DNA of 59,253 nucleotides from Gemmatimonadota bacterium (GTDB lineage: Bacteria > Gemmatimonadota > Gemmatimonadetes > Longimicrobiales > Gaopeijiaceae): assembly GCA_007124095.1 (NCBI GenBank), contig SLFU01000209.1:1-59253 (forward strand), written 5' to 3'. The notes beneath the pieces were generated by a model, which saw only the letters and a list, made by a program, of their open reading frames with translations, ran no database searches and had not been told where the DNA came from. Both the position numbers and the translations under genes were made by a program. Positions within the stretch are counted from its first letter, which is position 1, and each line of letters opens with the position of its first letter. Shown in pieces: positions 9,160 to 18,087 of this stretch.

Positions 9160-9286
9160 GTCGATCCGTCGTGGATGGTCGGTGGCTCAGGGTTTCCGCA
9201 ACCCGGAGTCGGGTTGCCGCAAGCCAGATCAACCAATAAACGTATGATTCCCCCTGCGCAAGCCATCATGAGCGACGCACCGGCGC

Positions 9287-9323
9287 AAAAAAAAGGGGAG
9301 GGGTCGGAATCCGACCCCTCCCC
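9287..9323 (-). terminator. rho-independent terminator of the SOD gene
   Basis: Minus strand: GGGGAGGGGTCGG-att-CCGACCCCTCCCC followed by TTTTTTTT. It begins about 75 nt after the stop at 9399. Confidence 0.85.
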
Positions 9324-9398
9324 TACCCCGCCAATGTCAGTGGGTACCGACGACTTGCCAGACGTGAGCCCACACCTGGTTCGGAGTGTCCCGAGCGT

Positions 9399-10037
9399 TT
9401 AGACGTCCGCGATCCACCCGCCCTCGGCCGCGGAATATTTCTTCCCTACGACATCCCAGTTGACCACGTTCCAGAAGGCCTCGAGGTATTCTGGCCTCCG
9501 ATTCTGGTACTTCAGGTAGTAGGCATGCTCCCAGACGTCCACCCCCAGGATCGGGGTCGAGCCCTCGACCAAGGGAGAGTCCTGATTCGCCGTCGAAGTC
9601 ACTTGCAGATTCCCGAAGGGATCGACGACCAACCAGCCCCAGCCCGAGCCGAACTGTCCGGCGGCGGCGGCGGAGAGCTTCTTCTTGAAGGCGTCGAAGG
9701 AACCGAAAGCTTCGTCGAGCCCGGAGGCCAGCTCCCCCGACGGAGCCGAAGCCCCTCCAGGGCTCAGGATCTCCCAGAATAGCGCGTGATTGTGATAGCC
9801 GCCTCCGTTGTTCCGCACGGCAGTGCGGACCCCCTCCGGGACCCATGCCAGGCCGCGGAGGAGCTGCTCGGCGGAGTACCCGTGCAGCTCGGAGTGATCT
9901 TCGATGGCCTTGTTGAGATTGGTGGTGTACCCGTTATGGTGCTTTGAATGATGGATCTCCATCGTCCGTGCATCGATGTGCGGCTCCAGTGCGTCGTACG
10001 CGTACCCGAGATCGGGAAGTGAGTGAGGGTGGGCCAT
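9399..10037 (-). CDS. Fe/Mn-family superoxide dismutase
   Basis: [28 protein letters not shown] ... [28 protein letters not shown]. Confidence 0.95.
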   Translation of the reverse strand: MAHPHSLPDLGYAYDALEPHIDARTMEIHHSKHHNGYTTNLNKAIEDHSELHGYSAEQLLRGLAWVPEGVRTAVRNNGGGYHNHALFWEILSPGGASAPSGELASGLDEAFGSFDAFKKKLSAAAAGQFGSGWGWLVVDPFGNLQVTSTANQDSPLVEGSTPILGVDVWEHAYYLKYQNRRPEYLEAFWNVVNWDVVGKKYSAAEGGWIADV

Positions 10038-10177
10038 TGATCAGGACCTCCTTGGAGTCGAGTTGAACGAATTTATCCCCGCCGGCTGGTCGCGCCCTCC
10101 GCAGCTCGACGGGAACCGCTGGTTCGAAAGACCCCCGAAGGACACCTCCGTTCCGGACGGGAGCTCTCCAGCCCATC

Positions 10178-11092
10178 TTGACGGAGCAAGAAGCCATGCC
10201 TGACACCCCAGCTCCGGACCGAGCGCCGACCGAGCCCCGTTCGCAACCCGCATCCCTGCACGAAGTCGCGGAACGATTCGGAACGGCCCGTCCCCTCGTG
10301 GGAATGGTTCACCTCCGTCCCCTCCCGGGAGCCCCCGGCTGGCAAGGATCGATCGCCGAGGTCCTCGAGCGGGCGGAAGCCGACACGGAGGCGCTCCTGG
10401 AGGGTGGGATGGACGGCGTGCTCGTGGAAAATTTCGGAGATCTCCCCTTCTATCCCGGTGGGGTGGCACCCGTGACCACCGCCTCGATGGCCCGAGTCAC
10501 CTCCCACGTACGATCCATCTCACGGGGGCGCCCGATCGGGGTCAACGTCCTCCGGAACGACCCTATTGCGAGCATCGCGGTGGCGACGGCCTCCGAGGCC
10601 GACTTTATCCGGGTCAACGTACACACCGGGAGCATGTTTACCGACCAGGGGCTCATCCACGGACGAGCCCATGAGACGCTGCGAGAACGCCGGCACCTCG
10701 CCCCGGAGCTTCTCATCCTGGCAGATGTCATGGTGAAGCACGCCGTTCCGCCTCCCGGGGCCGACCCTCATCAGCAGTCAAGGGACCTCCGGAACCGAGG
10801 GCTGGCGGATGTCCTGGTCGTGTCCGGCCCGGAGACGGGTGCCCCCGCGGATCCCGTTCGCCTCGAGGTCGTCCGGAGGGCTGTCCCGGACACGCCCGTC
10901 TGGATCGGAAGCGGAATGGGCTTGGACACCGTGCGCTCCCTCATGAGAGACGCCCACGGTGCAATCGTCGGGACCGCCCTTCACCGCGAAGGACGGTTGG
11001 GACTCGGAATCGATGTCGACCGCGTCCGAAGGCTCGTAGACGCGGTCCGGGGTCAGGAGCCCCCCTTGAGCCAGGGCTTTCGTCGGAAATAG
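10178..11092 (+). CDS. BtpA/SgcQ family protein
   Basis: GMVHLRPLPGAPGW..GMDGVLVENFGDLPF..NVLRNDPIASIAVA..FIRVNVHTG. Confidence 0.8.
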   Translation: MTEQEAMPDTPAPDRAPTEPRSQPASLHEVAERFGTARPLVGMVHLRPLPGAPGWQGSIAEVLERAEADTEALLEGGMDGVLVENFGDLPFYPGGVAPVTTASMARVTSHVRSISRGRPIGVNVLRNDPIASIAVATASEADFIRVNVHTGSMFTDQGLIHGRAHETLRERRHLAPELLILADVMVKHAVPPPGADPHQQSRDLRNRGLADVLVVSGPETGAPADPVRLEVVRRAVPDTPVWIGSGMGLDTVRSLMRDAHGAIVGTALHREGRLGLGIDVDRVRRLVDAVRGQEPPLSQGFRRK

Positions 11093-12762
11093 GAGTCCGC
11101 CAACTCCTTCACCTTCGGAGTGAGGAAGACGATCGCGACGAGATTGGGAATGATCACCAGACCCAGGAAGACGTCCCCCAGCGTCCATGCGACGGTGAGG
11201 GGAACGACCGCCCCCATGAAGTGCATCCCGACGAAGACAATCTTGTAGGGAAGCACCGCCCGCTCTCCGAAGAGGTAGAAGGCGCACCGATCCCCATAGT
11301 AACTCCACGCGATGGCAGTGGAGACCGCGAAGAGAAGCACGGTCAGGAGCACGATGTAGTGCCCCCAATCCCCGGGAAGTCCCCTGCGGAAAGCCACCAT
11401 CGTGAGCGGCGCTCCGTTCTGAGCCGCGTCGCCGTAGAGTTCCGCGTACTCCATCCCATCATCCCCGATCGCGCGCTGCTCCCCGGGAAGGATGGTGCCA
11501 CTGAAGAGCGAGGTCTGGGCGAAATCCGTGTAGAAGGTGTCCACCGGAACTTCGTGCCAAGCCAGCATTCTGGCCCCGGCGCCGAACTGCGTGGGGACCC
11601 CGTCCCGCACTTCGATCTCCGCGGGAGGGGTTACGAAGAAGTCGAACTTCCCATCCGGACGCTCCTCCACAAAGCTCAGGTGCCCCCCCGTAAAGGAGAG
11701 CTGGGTCGGAAACCGGTCGTCCCACGACGCTGTGATGATGATCACCAGCGCGGTCATCGTGCAGATGACGATGGTATCGATGAAGGGCTCGAGGAGAGCC
11801 ACCACGCCCTCGGACACCGGTTCCTCGGTTTTCGCCGCGGCGTGGGCGATCGGGGCGGACCCCTGCCCTGCTTCATTGGAGAAGAGGCCCCGTCGCACCC
11901 CCCACATCATCGTGACGAGAAAGGCTCCGACCCCCGCCCCCGCCACCCCGGCCGAGGGGTTGAAGGCCTCGGTCACGATCAGCGCCAGGGAGGGGACGAC
12001 CTGGTCGTAGTTCAGGATGATGATGACCATGGCGGCTGTCACGTACACGACCGCCATCGTCGGAGCCAAAATGGCGGTCACCTTCCCGATCCTCCGGATT
12101 CCCCCGATGATTACCGCTGCGACTACGGCGGCCGTGACGAGCCCGCTCAACCAGATCGGTAGGGCGAACTCGTCCCGCATGACATCGGCCACGGTGTTGG
12201 CCTGCACCCCGTTGCCCGTGAGAAAGGCCGTGATCCCGAGGAGGGCCGCGAAGAAGATCGCGACTGGCTTCCAGTTTTTCCCGAGGCCCCGTTCGATGTA
12301 GTACATCGGCCCACCCGAGACCGTCCCCTCCCACACAGGATGGTCCGGGCCCCGCTCCTTCACATCCCTGTAGTACTGCGCGAGCGTCACCTCCGCGAAT
12401 TTCGTCGCCATCCCCAAGGCCCCCGTGACCCACATCCAGAAGAGGGCGCCGGGGCCTCCCCAGTGGAGAGCAATCGCGACCCCGGCGATGTTCCCGATTC
12501 CCACGGTAGCAGAGAGGGCGGTCGAGAGAGCCTGGAAATGGGTGATGTCCCCCGTCTCGTCCGGATCATCATACCGACCGCTCGTGACCATGAATCCGTG
12601 AGCGAGTGCGCGAACCTGGATAAAGCCGAGCCGGAAGGTGAAGTAGAAGCCGGCGCCGAGCAGGAGGATGACCACGAATGGGATGGTCTCGTCCCCGACC
12701 TGGATGCCGGATGCCCAGACCCATCCCTCCATGGCTTCGACGAAGTCGCGAAGTACCCCCAT
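11053..12762 (-). CDS. alanine/glycine:cation (sodium) symporter, AGCS family
   Basis: FQALSTALSATVGIGNIAGVAIALHWGGPGALFWMWVTGALGMATKFAEVTLA. I prefer the start at M24 (12762), which has an AAGGTGAGGG element upstream. The 3' end overlaps the convergent BtpA gene by 40 nt. Confidence 0.85.
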   Translation of the reverse strand: MGVLRDFVEAMEGWVWASGIQVGDETIPFVVILLLGAGFYFTFRLGFIQVRALAHGFMVTSGRYDDPDETGDITHFQALSTALSATVGIGNIAGVAIALHWGGPGALFWMWVTGALGMATKFAEVTLAQYYRDVKERGPDHPVWEGTVSGGPMYYIERGLGKNWKPVAIFFAALLGITAFLTGNGVQANTVADVMRDEFALPIWLSGLVTAAVVAAVIIGGIRRIGKVTAILAPTMAVVYVTAAMVIIILNYDQVVPSLALIVTEAFNPSAGVAGAGVGAFLVTMMWGVRRGLFSNEAGQGSAPIAHAAAKTEEPVSEGVVALLEPFIDTIVICTMTALVIIITASWDDRFPTQLSFTGGHLSFVEERPDGKFDFFVTPPAEIEVRDGVPTQFGAGARMLAWHEVPVDTFYTDFAQTSLFSGTILPGEQRAIGDDGMEYAELYGDAAQNGAPLTMVAFRRGLPGDWGHYIVLLTVLLFAVSTAIAWSYYGDRCAFYLFGERAVLPYKIVFVGMHFMGAVVPLTVAWTLGDVFLGLVIIPNLVAIVFLTPKVKELADSYFRRKPWLKGGS

Positions 12763-12978
12763 ACCGACCCTCACCTTGTGCGTGGAACGTGGGAAAGTCG
12801 GTACAATGGACGTGAGGTCACGTCGGGGCAAGAGTTGGAAGGGAAGCCCTCGATCCGGGGAAGGGGCGGCGGAACCCGGACCCGGATCGGGGGTGACGAA
12901 GCGGGAGCGCTCGCAACATCCCTATGGCGACGATCACTACCGGCCCGAAGTGAAGCCTTCGGGAGAGGAGCCGACCAC

Positions 12979-13425
12979 ATGGATGACGGCCTGAACATCT
13001 ACCTTGCGGGAGAGATCCACAGCGACTGGAGGGCTCGGTTTCGGGAAGCCCTGGAGAAGCGGGGCGTCTCCGCCCGGTTCCTCGGGCCCCAGGAGCAGCA
13101 CGCACGATCGGACGACATCGGTGAACTGATCCTGGGCGAGCAGCCGGACGACCGGTATCGGGACCTGGTCGGGGCACGCGTGAACACCCTTCGCGGCCGA
13201 GTGCACCTTCGGGCCGCGGATCTGGTCGTGGCCTGCTTCACCGAGAAATACCGGCAGTGGAACACGGCTGCCGACGCGGGGGCGGCTCTCGCAGCGCAGG
13301 TACCTCTGATCCTTGTCCGTCCACCCGAGTTCATCCATGCCCTGAAAGAGGTGGACGCCCTGGCAGACCTCACGGTCGATACGCTGGATCAGGCCGCGGA
13401 TGCCGTGGCTTACATCGTAGAGTAA
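12979..13425 (+). CDS. YtoQ family protein (nucleoside 2-deoxyribosyltransferase-like fold)
   Basis: NIYLAGEIHSDWR..FLGPQEQHARSDDIGE..KYRQWNTAADAG..ILVRPPEFIHALKEVD closely parallels Bacillus YtoQ. The first 213 codons of track ORF 12340..13425 are antisense to the symporter, so I discarded them. Confidence 0.85.
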   Translation: MDDGLNIYLAGEIHSDWRARFREALEKRGVSARFLGPQEQHARSDDIGELILGEQPDDRYRDLVGARVNTLRGRVHLRAADLVVACFTEKYRQWNTAADAGAALAAQVPLILVRPPEFIHALKEVDALADLTVDTLDQAADAVAYIVE

Positions 13426-13554
13426 GGTCGGAGGCACCTACACGTGCGCTTCGGTGGTGCGGTCCCGGGACGGGTCAATTCTGCGAGGGGTTGGAGGTTC
13501 GAGCCTGGCAGGATCCGAGCGGGGGGAGAGGGGCGCCCTGGGTGGGCGGCTGGG

Positions 13555-13770
13555 TCACTTGTAACGGTAGGTGATCCGACCCCGGCTGAGGTCATAGGGG
13601 GACATCTCCACTTTGACCCGATCACCCTCGAGGACCCGGATGTAGAACTTCCGCATCTTTCCGGAGAGATACGTAAGGATCTGGTGCCCGTTCTCCAATT
13701 CCACTCTGAAATTGGCGTTGGGCAACACCTCGGTCACCGTTCCCTCCACTTCAATCGCGTCGTTCGACAC
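13555..13770 (-). CDS. infA: translation initiation factor IF-1
   Basis: (V)[70 protein letters not shown]. The GTG start at 13770 is preceded by GGAG. The rest of track ORF 13555..14235 is an extension. Confidence 0.93.
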   Translation of the reverse strand: MSNDAIEVEGTVTEVLPNANFRVELENGHQILTYLSGKMRKFYIRVLEGDRVKVEMSPYDLSRGRITYRYK

Positions 13771-13942
13771 GCACTTCTCCTGTCTGTCTTGGAACTTCCC
13801 GACTGCGTCGCTGCCGGAACCTATATAGAAGAAAAATGTAACCGAAACCAGTCGATCCTGACAATGTGGGACAGAGAGAATCCGTGGAGAACCCGTGTGC
13901 GGGCCTCTTCCCCTTCCCGACTTCCGGCGAAGCCGCCGTCCC

Positions 13943-14218
13943 ATGAAACCAACCGTCCTCGTCATCATCGTCCTCGCCTTCCTGACCTTCATCGGAGGCG
14001 TCGTATGGACCACCATGCAGGCCGCCGAGGTCGAATGCGAGGTATGCCTAAACTTTCCGCAAGGGGAAGTCTGTCGGATGGGTCGCGGGCCTACGGAGGC
14101 GGAGGCCCGGGTGGCGGCCCAGGAGAGTGCCTGCGGGGGGAACGTCTCGGGGATGGCAGACCTGATCGCCTGCCGCGGCCAGGCTCCCGCCCGGACAAGC
14201 TGCCCACCCGCGCGGTGA
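13943..14218 (+). CDS. small membrane-anchored Cys-containing hypothetical protein
   Basis: [22 protein letters not shown] forms a TM anchor. The soluble part has 5 Cys, including CEVC. Codon third positions are GC-rich, like the neighbouring genes. I recognise no family. Confidence 0.4.
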   Translation: MKPTVLVIIVLAFLTFIGGVVWTTMQAAEVECEVCLNFPQGEVCRMGRGPTEAEARVAAQESACGGNVSGMADLIACRGQAPARTSCPPAR

Positions 14219-14249
14219 GCGCACCAGCACCCCACGACCCGGGCTCAGT

Positions 14250-15155
14250 CTAACGTAGCGGATGCTCCAGGAGGGGGGTGCCCAACCGCACCTCAGCCCC
14301 CTCCCGCAGCTCCGGTCGAAAGGGCGGAAGCTCGCTCTCGGGCGCGCTCATCAGGAGAACCACCGTGGATCCGAGGTGGAAAGCCATGAGCTCTTCCCCC
14401 CTGGCCACGTCGAGGGCCGGTCCATAACGTCGGATCTCGGCTCGCCTCCGGCCCGGTCGGTTCGTCACTCCCCCGTGGCTGGTCCCACTCCAGGACGGAT
14501 CGAACGTGGTCGAAATGCTTCCGACGTTGTAGGCACCTACGGCGACCAACGCCATATCCACTCCGCCTCGTTTGAGCAGGACCACCAGGCGCTCGTTCCG
14601 AGGGAAGAGATCGTGGACCGAGCCCACGGCCGGGAGATTCACCGGGAGGAGCCGGCCCGGGATCGCGCGCGCCTCGAAGATCTCGCCCCCGATAGGCGCG
14701 TGAATTCGGTGATAATGTCGGGGACTCAGGTAAATCGTCAGGAAGAGCCCCGACGCGAATCGGTCTCCCTCGGTGCCCTGGAGGAGCTCGTTCACGGAAT
14801 ACTCGATTCCTTTCGCCTGAAGCGCCGAACCACCCTCGAAGGCACCATGGGCACCCACGATCCCATCCACAGGCGACCCGGGCAATCCTGGCGGTCCAGG
14901 CCATTCACGGAGCCCGGGGCGAAGCCGGCGGACAAAGAAGGTGGAGAGGCTCGCGTAAGCTTCGGGCGGCCGCTCGGCCTCCGAAAGATCGACCCCGACC
15001 GCCATTGCGAACCCGCGGTTCACCAGGCCCTGGAGTGGAGAGGGAAGGCGCCGCGCGGCAAGCCAGCCCCATGAGCGGGAGAGACCTCCCTGCGGGAGAA
15101 TCCGGAGGAGGGCGAGGAGGGCCCTCCAACGTAGGGGGGCCCGGGTCACCGGCAC
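14250..15155 (-). CDS. psd: phosphatidylserine decarboxylase proenzyme
   Basis: FLTIYLSPRHYHRIHAPIGG..RLLPVN..ERLVVLL..FHLGSTVVLL, where the GST is the self-cleavage site region. Confidence 0.85.
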   Translation of the reverse strand: MPVTRAPLRWRALLALLRILPQGGLSRSWGWLAARRLPSPLQGLVNRGFAMAVGVDLSEAERPPEAYASLSTFFVRRLRPGLREWPGPPGLPGSPVDGIVGAHGAFEGGSALQAKGIEYSVNELLQGTEGDRFASGLFLTIYLSPRHYHRIHAPIGGEIFEARAIPGRLLPVNLPAVGSVHDLFPRNERLVVLLKRGGVDMALVAVGAYNVGSISTTFDPSWSGTSHGGVTNRPGRRRAEIRRYGPALDVARGEELMAFHLGSTVVLLMSAPESELPPFRPELREGAEVRLGTPLLEHPLR

Positions 15156-15191
15156 TGCTCGACCCGCGCCCCTGCGAGAACGCGCCCCGGC

Positions 15192-16079
15192 TTACCGGGT
15201 TGCGAAGACGGCGACGGCCGCGAAGCCCGCCGCCGCGAAGAGCCGGCGCCACGAGAACTGGGCTCCTTCCGTCGGGGCAGGGGGACGAGTCCAGGCGAGG
15301 ATGGTCCCGCAGCTCGAACGCGAGTATTGCATCGGGGAAGTGGCTCCGGAGTAAACCTCGAGAGCCTCCAGCTCGTGGACGGTGAGCACCTCATCGACTC
15401 GCGCCGGCGTGGCAATGGGGAGCCCGTCCAAGACCACATCCGGTACACATCCCCCCCGAAGTCGAACATCCGGACTCAGCAAACCTCCCCTGAAGATTAC
15501 CCTGGCTCCGGGGACGCTCCGGAAGAGATCCGATACCCTGCCCGGTCGCCGAGCCTCGATCTCTTCGCGGGTAAAGGAGTACCCGAAACCCGACTGACGA
15601 CGATCGTAGAATCCTGCGTTTTCGAGCCGGCTCTGCCGGGTCACGGTCACCACGATCCCCTCCAGCTCCATCGCCTGGGGAGCCAATTCTGCGGTGAGCT
15701 CCACCGTTCCGTCCTCCAGGAAGATGCCCACCTGGGAAGCCGCGGTGAAGCCCACCGACCGGATCCGGATCCGATAGACCCCGATCTCGAGCCGCTCCGT
15801 CCGAAAGGCTCCGAACTCGTTGGTCTCCCCCTCCCAAGCGACAGCCTCCTCGTCCTCGTCCTCGTCCACCGGGCCGATCAGGATCTGGGCGGACGGCAGC
15901 GCCTCGCCGCTGATCTGGTCGCTAACGGTACCGGTGATCACCACCCCCCGGTCACCGGTGGTGGCCTGACCCTCGGCGGGGACGGGGACACAAGCGATAA
16001 AGACTCCGCCCAAAGCCAGCCACATGAGCGGCACCGAGCCTCGAACTTCCATATCTCCCTCCCGCAAACGAAGGGCCAC
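15192..16079 (-). CDS. carboxypeptidase-regulatory-like domain plus TonB-receptor plug domain protein (no barrel)
   Basis: ITGTVSDQISGEALPSAQILIG..YRIRIRSVGF fits a CarboxypepD_reg domain. RVSDLFRSVPGARV..VVLDGLPI..ELEALEVYSG fits a plug domain. The ORF ends about 40 aa later. The start could be 16079, 16052 or 16025. Confidence 0.75.
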   Translation of the reverse strand: MALRLREGDMEVRGSVPLMWLALGGVFIACVPVPAEGQATTGDRGVVITGTVSDQISGEALPSAQILIGPVDEDEDEEAVAWEGETNEFGAFRTERLEIGVYRIRIRSVGFTAASQVGIFLEDGTVELTAELAPQAMELEGIVVTVTRQSRLENAGFYDRRQSGFGYSFTREEIEARRPGRVSDLFRSVPGARVIFRGGLLSPDVRLRGGCVPDVVLDGLPIATPARVDEVLTVHELEALEVYSGATSPMQYSRSSCGTILAWTRPPAPTEGAQFSWRRLFAAAGFAAVAVFATR

Positions 16080-16446
16080 TGCGGATCGCCCCCCCAGAGG
16101 AGCCGGACGAGCCGCTCGCCCTGGCGAACCATTCGACCCTCACTACACTGTAGTCATCCGAATCGCCCGGCGCCATGATCTTCTCCCATCTATCCTCCCG
16201 GAGCAGGGAGCCGATCCAGCCCGAGCCGGCAGAGAGCCGATGCCGGGAGGTGGCCGACCATTCGAACCCCAGCTCCCCACCCCGGGATCCGAATCCGCCA
16301 ACCCCACGCCCGGGAAGCTAAAAGGGTCGACTCGCCCGGATCGGGTGGCAGCGTTGGCAGGAATCCCCCTGGGTGCTCCGGGGGTAGGAGTTCCCGACCA
16401 CCTCAGCCATGTGACCGAAATCCACCCGAAGCCAGGGAGTTGCAGC

Positions 16447-18072
16447 ATGCTCGTCCGACCGTCCGTTCATTCCTTCCCGGGTCCACTCGGGAACCCGGCA
16501 TCGGTCCTGCTCTCGAGGCTCCCGCCGCGCCTGGTGCCCGTGCTCGCCCTCGGCCTCCTCTTCGGGGGACCAGTGCCAGGACATTCGCAGGCCGCGGCTC
16601 CGCCCACGACGGCCGTGGCGGAAGCGGCGGAGGGGATCACCGAAGAGGCCGTCTTCGATCATCTCTCCTTCCTCGCCTCCGACGAGCTCCGCGGCCGGGA
16701 CACCCCCAGTCCGGGACTCGAGGAGGCGGCAGCCTACTTGGTGAACTGGCACATCGGGCTGGGACTCGAGCCCGCGGGTGAGGACGGGACCTACCTCCAA
16801 CGATTTCCCTTCCGGTTCGTCGGCCTGGACCTGGAGCGCGCGGCCTTGGAGCTTCAGGGACCGGACGGGACGGTGTCGGTGCCGGTGGGCGAGGAGGGCT
16901 TCGTCAACGGCTACGCGGAGGAGGCCTTCCACGCTCCCCTCACCTTCGTCAGCACCATCCAGGGGATGGAACTCAACTCCGGGGCTCTTGAGGGCCGGGT
17001 CGCCGCCTTTCCCCTTTCCGGCGCCTGGGGCCAGGCGCTCTGGTCGACCGCGGGACAGCAGGCCGATTTCGCTCGAGCAGCCGGTGCCACCGCGGTGATC
17101 CACGTTCTGGATCGGAATTTCGCCCCTCAAGCCACCTCCCAGTTGAGCACGATGCTCGCGGAGCCGTCGTGGACGCTCGGCACCGGGGACGCACCGCAGC
17201 TCTTCATCCGCAGGGGGGCCCTGGAGGGCGTCTCGCAGGGATGGGACGATTTGCTCTCCCGCGCCCGGGACGGGGAGGTGTTCCGGGAGGATCTGGAGGG
17301 CGTGGAGCTCACCGGCGCCCTGGCTCCGCGGCTCCTCGAGGATGCCGACCCCCCGAACGTCCTTGCTCAGATCCCGGGACGGGATCCGGAGCTCCGGAAC
17401 GAGTACATCGTTCTGAGCGCGCATTTCGATCATGTGGGCGTTGGTGAACCGATGGACGGGGACTCGATTTACAACGGGGCCGACGACAACGCCTCGGGCA
17501 CCACGGCGCTCCTCGAGGTCGCACGTGCCCTGAGCTCCCTTCCCGAAGGCGAGGGGCCGAGGCGCACGGTGGTCTTCGCCCACGTGAGTGGCGAGGAGAA
17601 AGGGCTCCTGGGGTCGGAGTGGTTCGTCGACAACCCAACAATCCCGATCGAGAATGTGGTCGCCAACATCAACGCAGACATGGTGGGGGGCGATTCCCAC
17701 CCGGATACGGTCGTGGTCCTGGGAAAGGAATACTCCTCACTCGGCCCCTTGGTCGACGAGGTGAACGGCCGCCTCCCGGAGCTCAACCTCACTACAGCAC
17801 CGGACCTCTGGCCCGAGCAGAGACTCTTCTACCGGTCGGATCAGTACAACTTCATGCGGAAGGAGATCCCGTCCCTCTTCTTCTTTACCGGGCTTCACGA
17901 GTGCTATCACAGGCCCTGTGACACGATTGACTTCGTGAGCAGTGACAAGGTCACGCGAATCTCCCGCCTGATCACCCACGCGGTGATGGAGATCGCCAAC
18001 CGGGACGAGCGCCCCGAGTGGACCCCGGAGGGGCTGGCGGAGGTTCGGGAAATGGTGCAGAGCGGCCGGTAG
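16447..18072 (+). CDS. M28 family aminopeptidase with PA domain
   Basis: A signal peptide follows MLVRPS (16447). Metal and catalytic motifs seen: SAHFDHVG, GADDNASGTTALLEVARAL, SGEEKGLLGSEWF, NINADMVG. Confidence 0.88.
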   Translation: MLVRPSVHSFPGPLGNPASVLLSRLPPRLVPVLALGLLFGGPVPGHSQAAAPPTTAVAEAAEGITEEAVFDHLSFLASDELRGRDTPSPGLEEAAAYLVNWHIGLGLEPAGEDGTYLQRFPFRFVGLDLERAALELQGPDGTVSVPVGEEGFVNGYAEEAFHAPLTFVSTIQGMELNSGALEGRVAAFPLSGAWGQALWSTAGQQADFARAAGATAVIHVLDRNFAPQATSQLSTMLAEPSWTLGTGDAPQLFIRRGALEGVSQGWDDLLSRARDGEVFREDLEGVELTGALAPRLLEDADPPNVLAQIPGRDPELRNEYIVLSAHFDHVGVGEPMDGDSIYNGADDNASGTTALLEVARALSSLPEGEGPRRTVVFAHVSGEEKGLLGSEWFVDNPTIPIENVVANINADMVGGDSHPDTVVVLGKEYSSLGPLVDEVNGRLPELNLTTAPDLWPEQRLFYRSDQYNFMRKEIPSLFFFTGLHECYHRPCDTIDFVSSDKVTRISRLITHAVMEIANRDERPEWTPEGLAEVREMVQSGR

Positions 18073-18087
18073 CACCCGACCTCGGCC

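Noticed and set aside
12340-12978. N-terminal 213 codons of track ORF 12340..13425
   Set aside because: This part is antisense to the symporter and has shadow-ORF composition. Homology to YtoQ begins at the internal ATG at 12979.
13480-13520. tRNA-like T-loop sequence (GGAGGTTCGAGCC) in the ytoQ/infA convergent spacer
   Set aside because: The flanks cannot form a T-stem or an acceptor stem, so no cloverleaf can be built.
13771-14235. Long N-terminal extension of the infA ORF (226 aa)
   Set aside because: IF-1 is about 72 aa. A GTG with a GGAG element sits exactly where homology begins, and the extension overlaps the divergent small-protein frame.
16340-16375. TGGCAG...TGGCAGG sigma-54-like sequence upstream of the M28 peptidase gene
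   Set aside because: The position where the -12 TTGC/GC element should lie reads CCCC, so the motif is incomplete.
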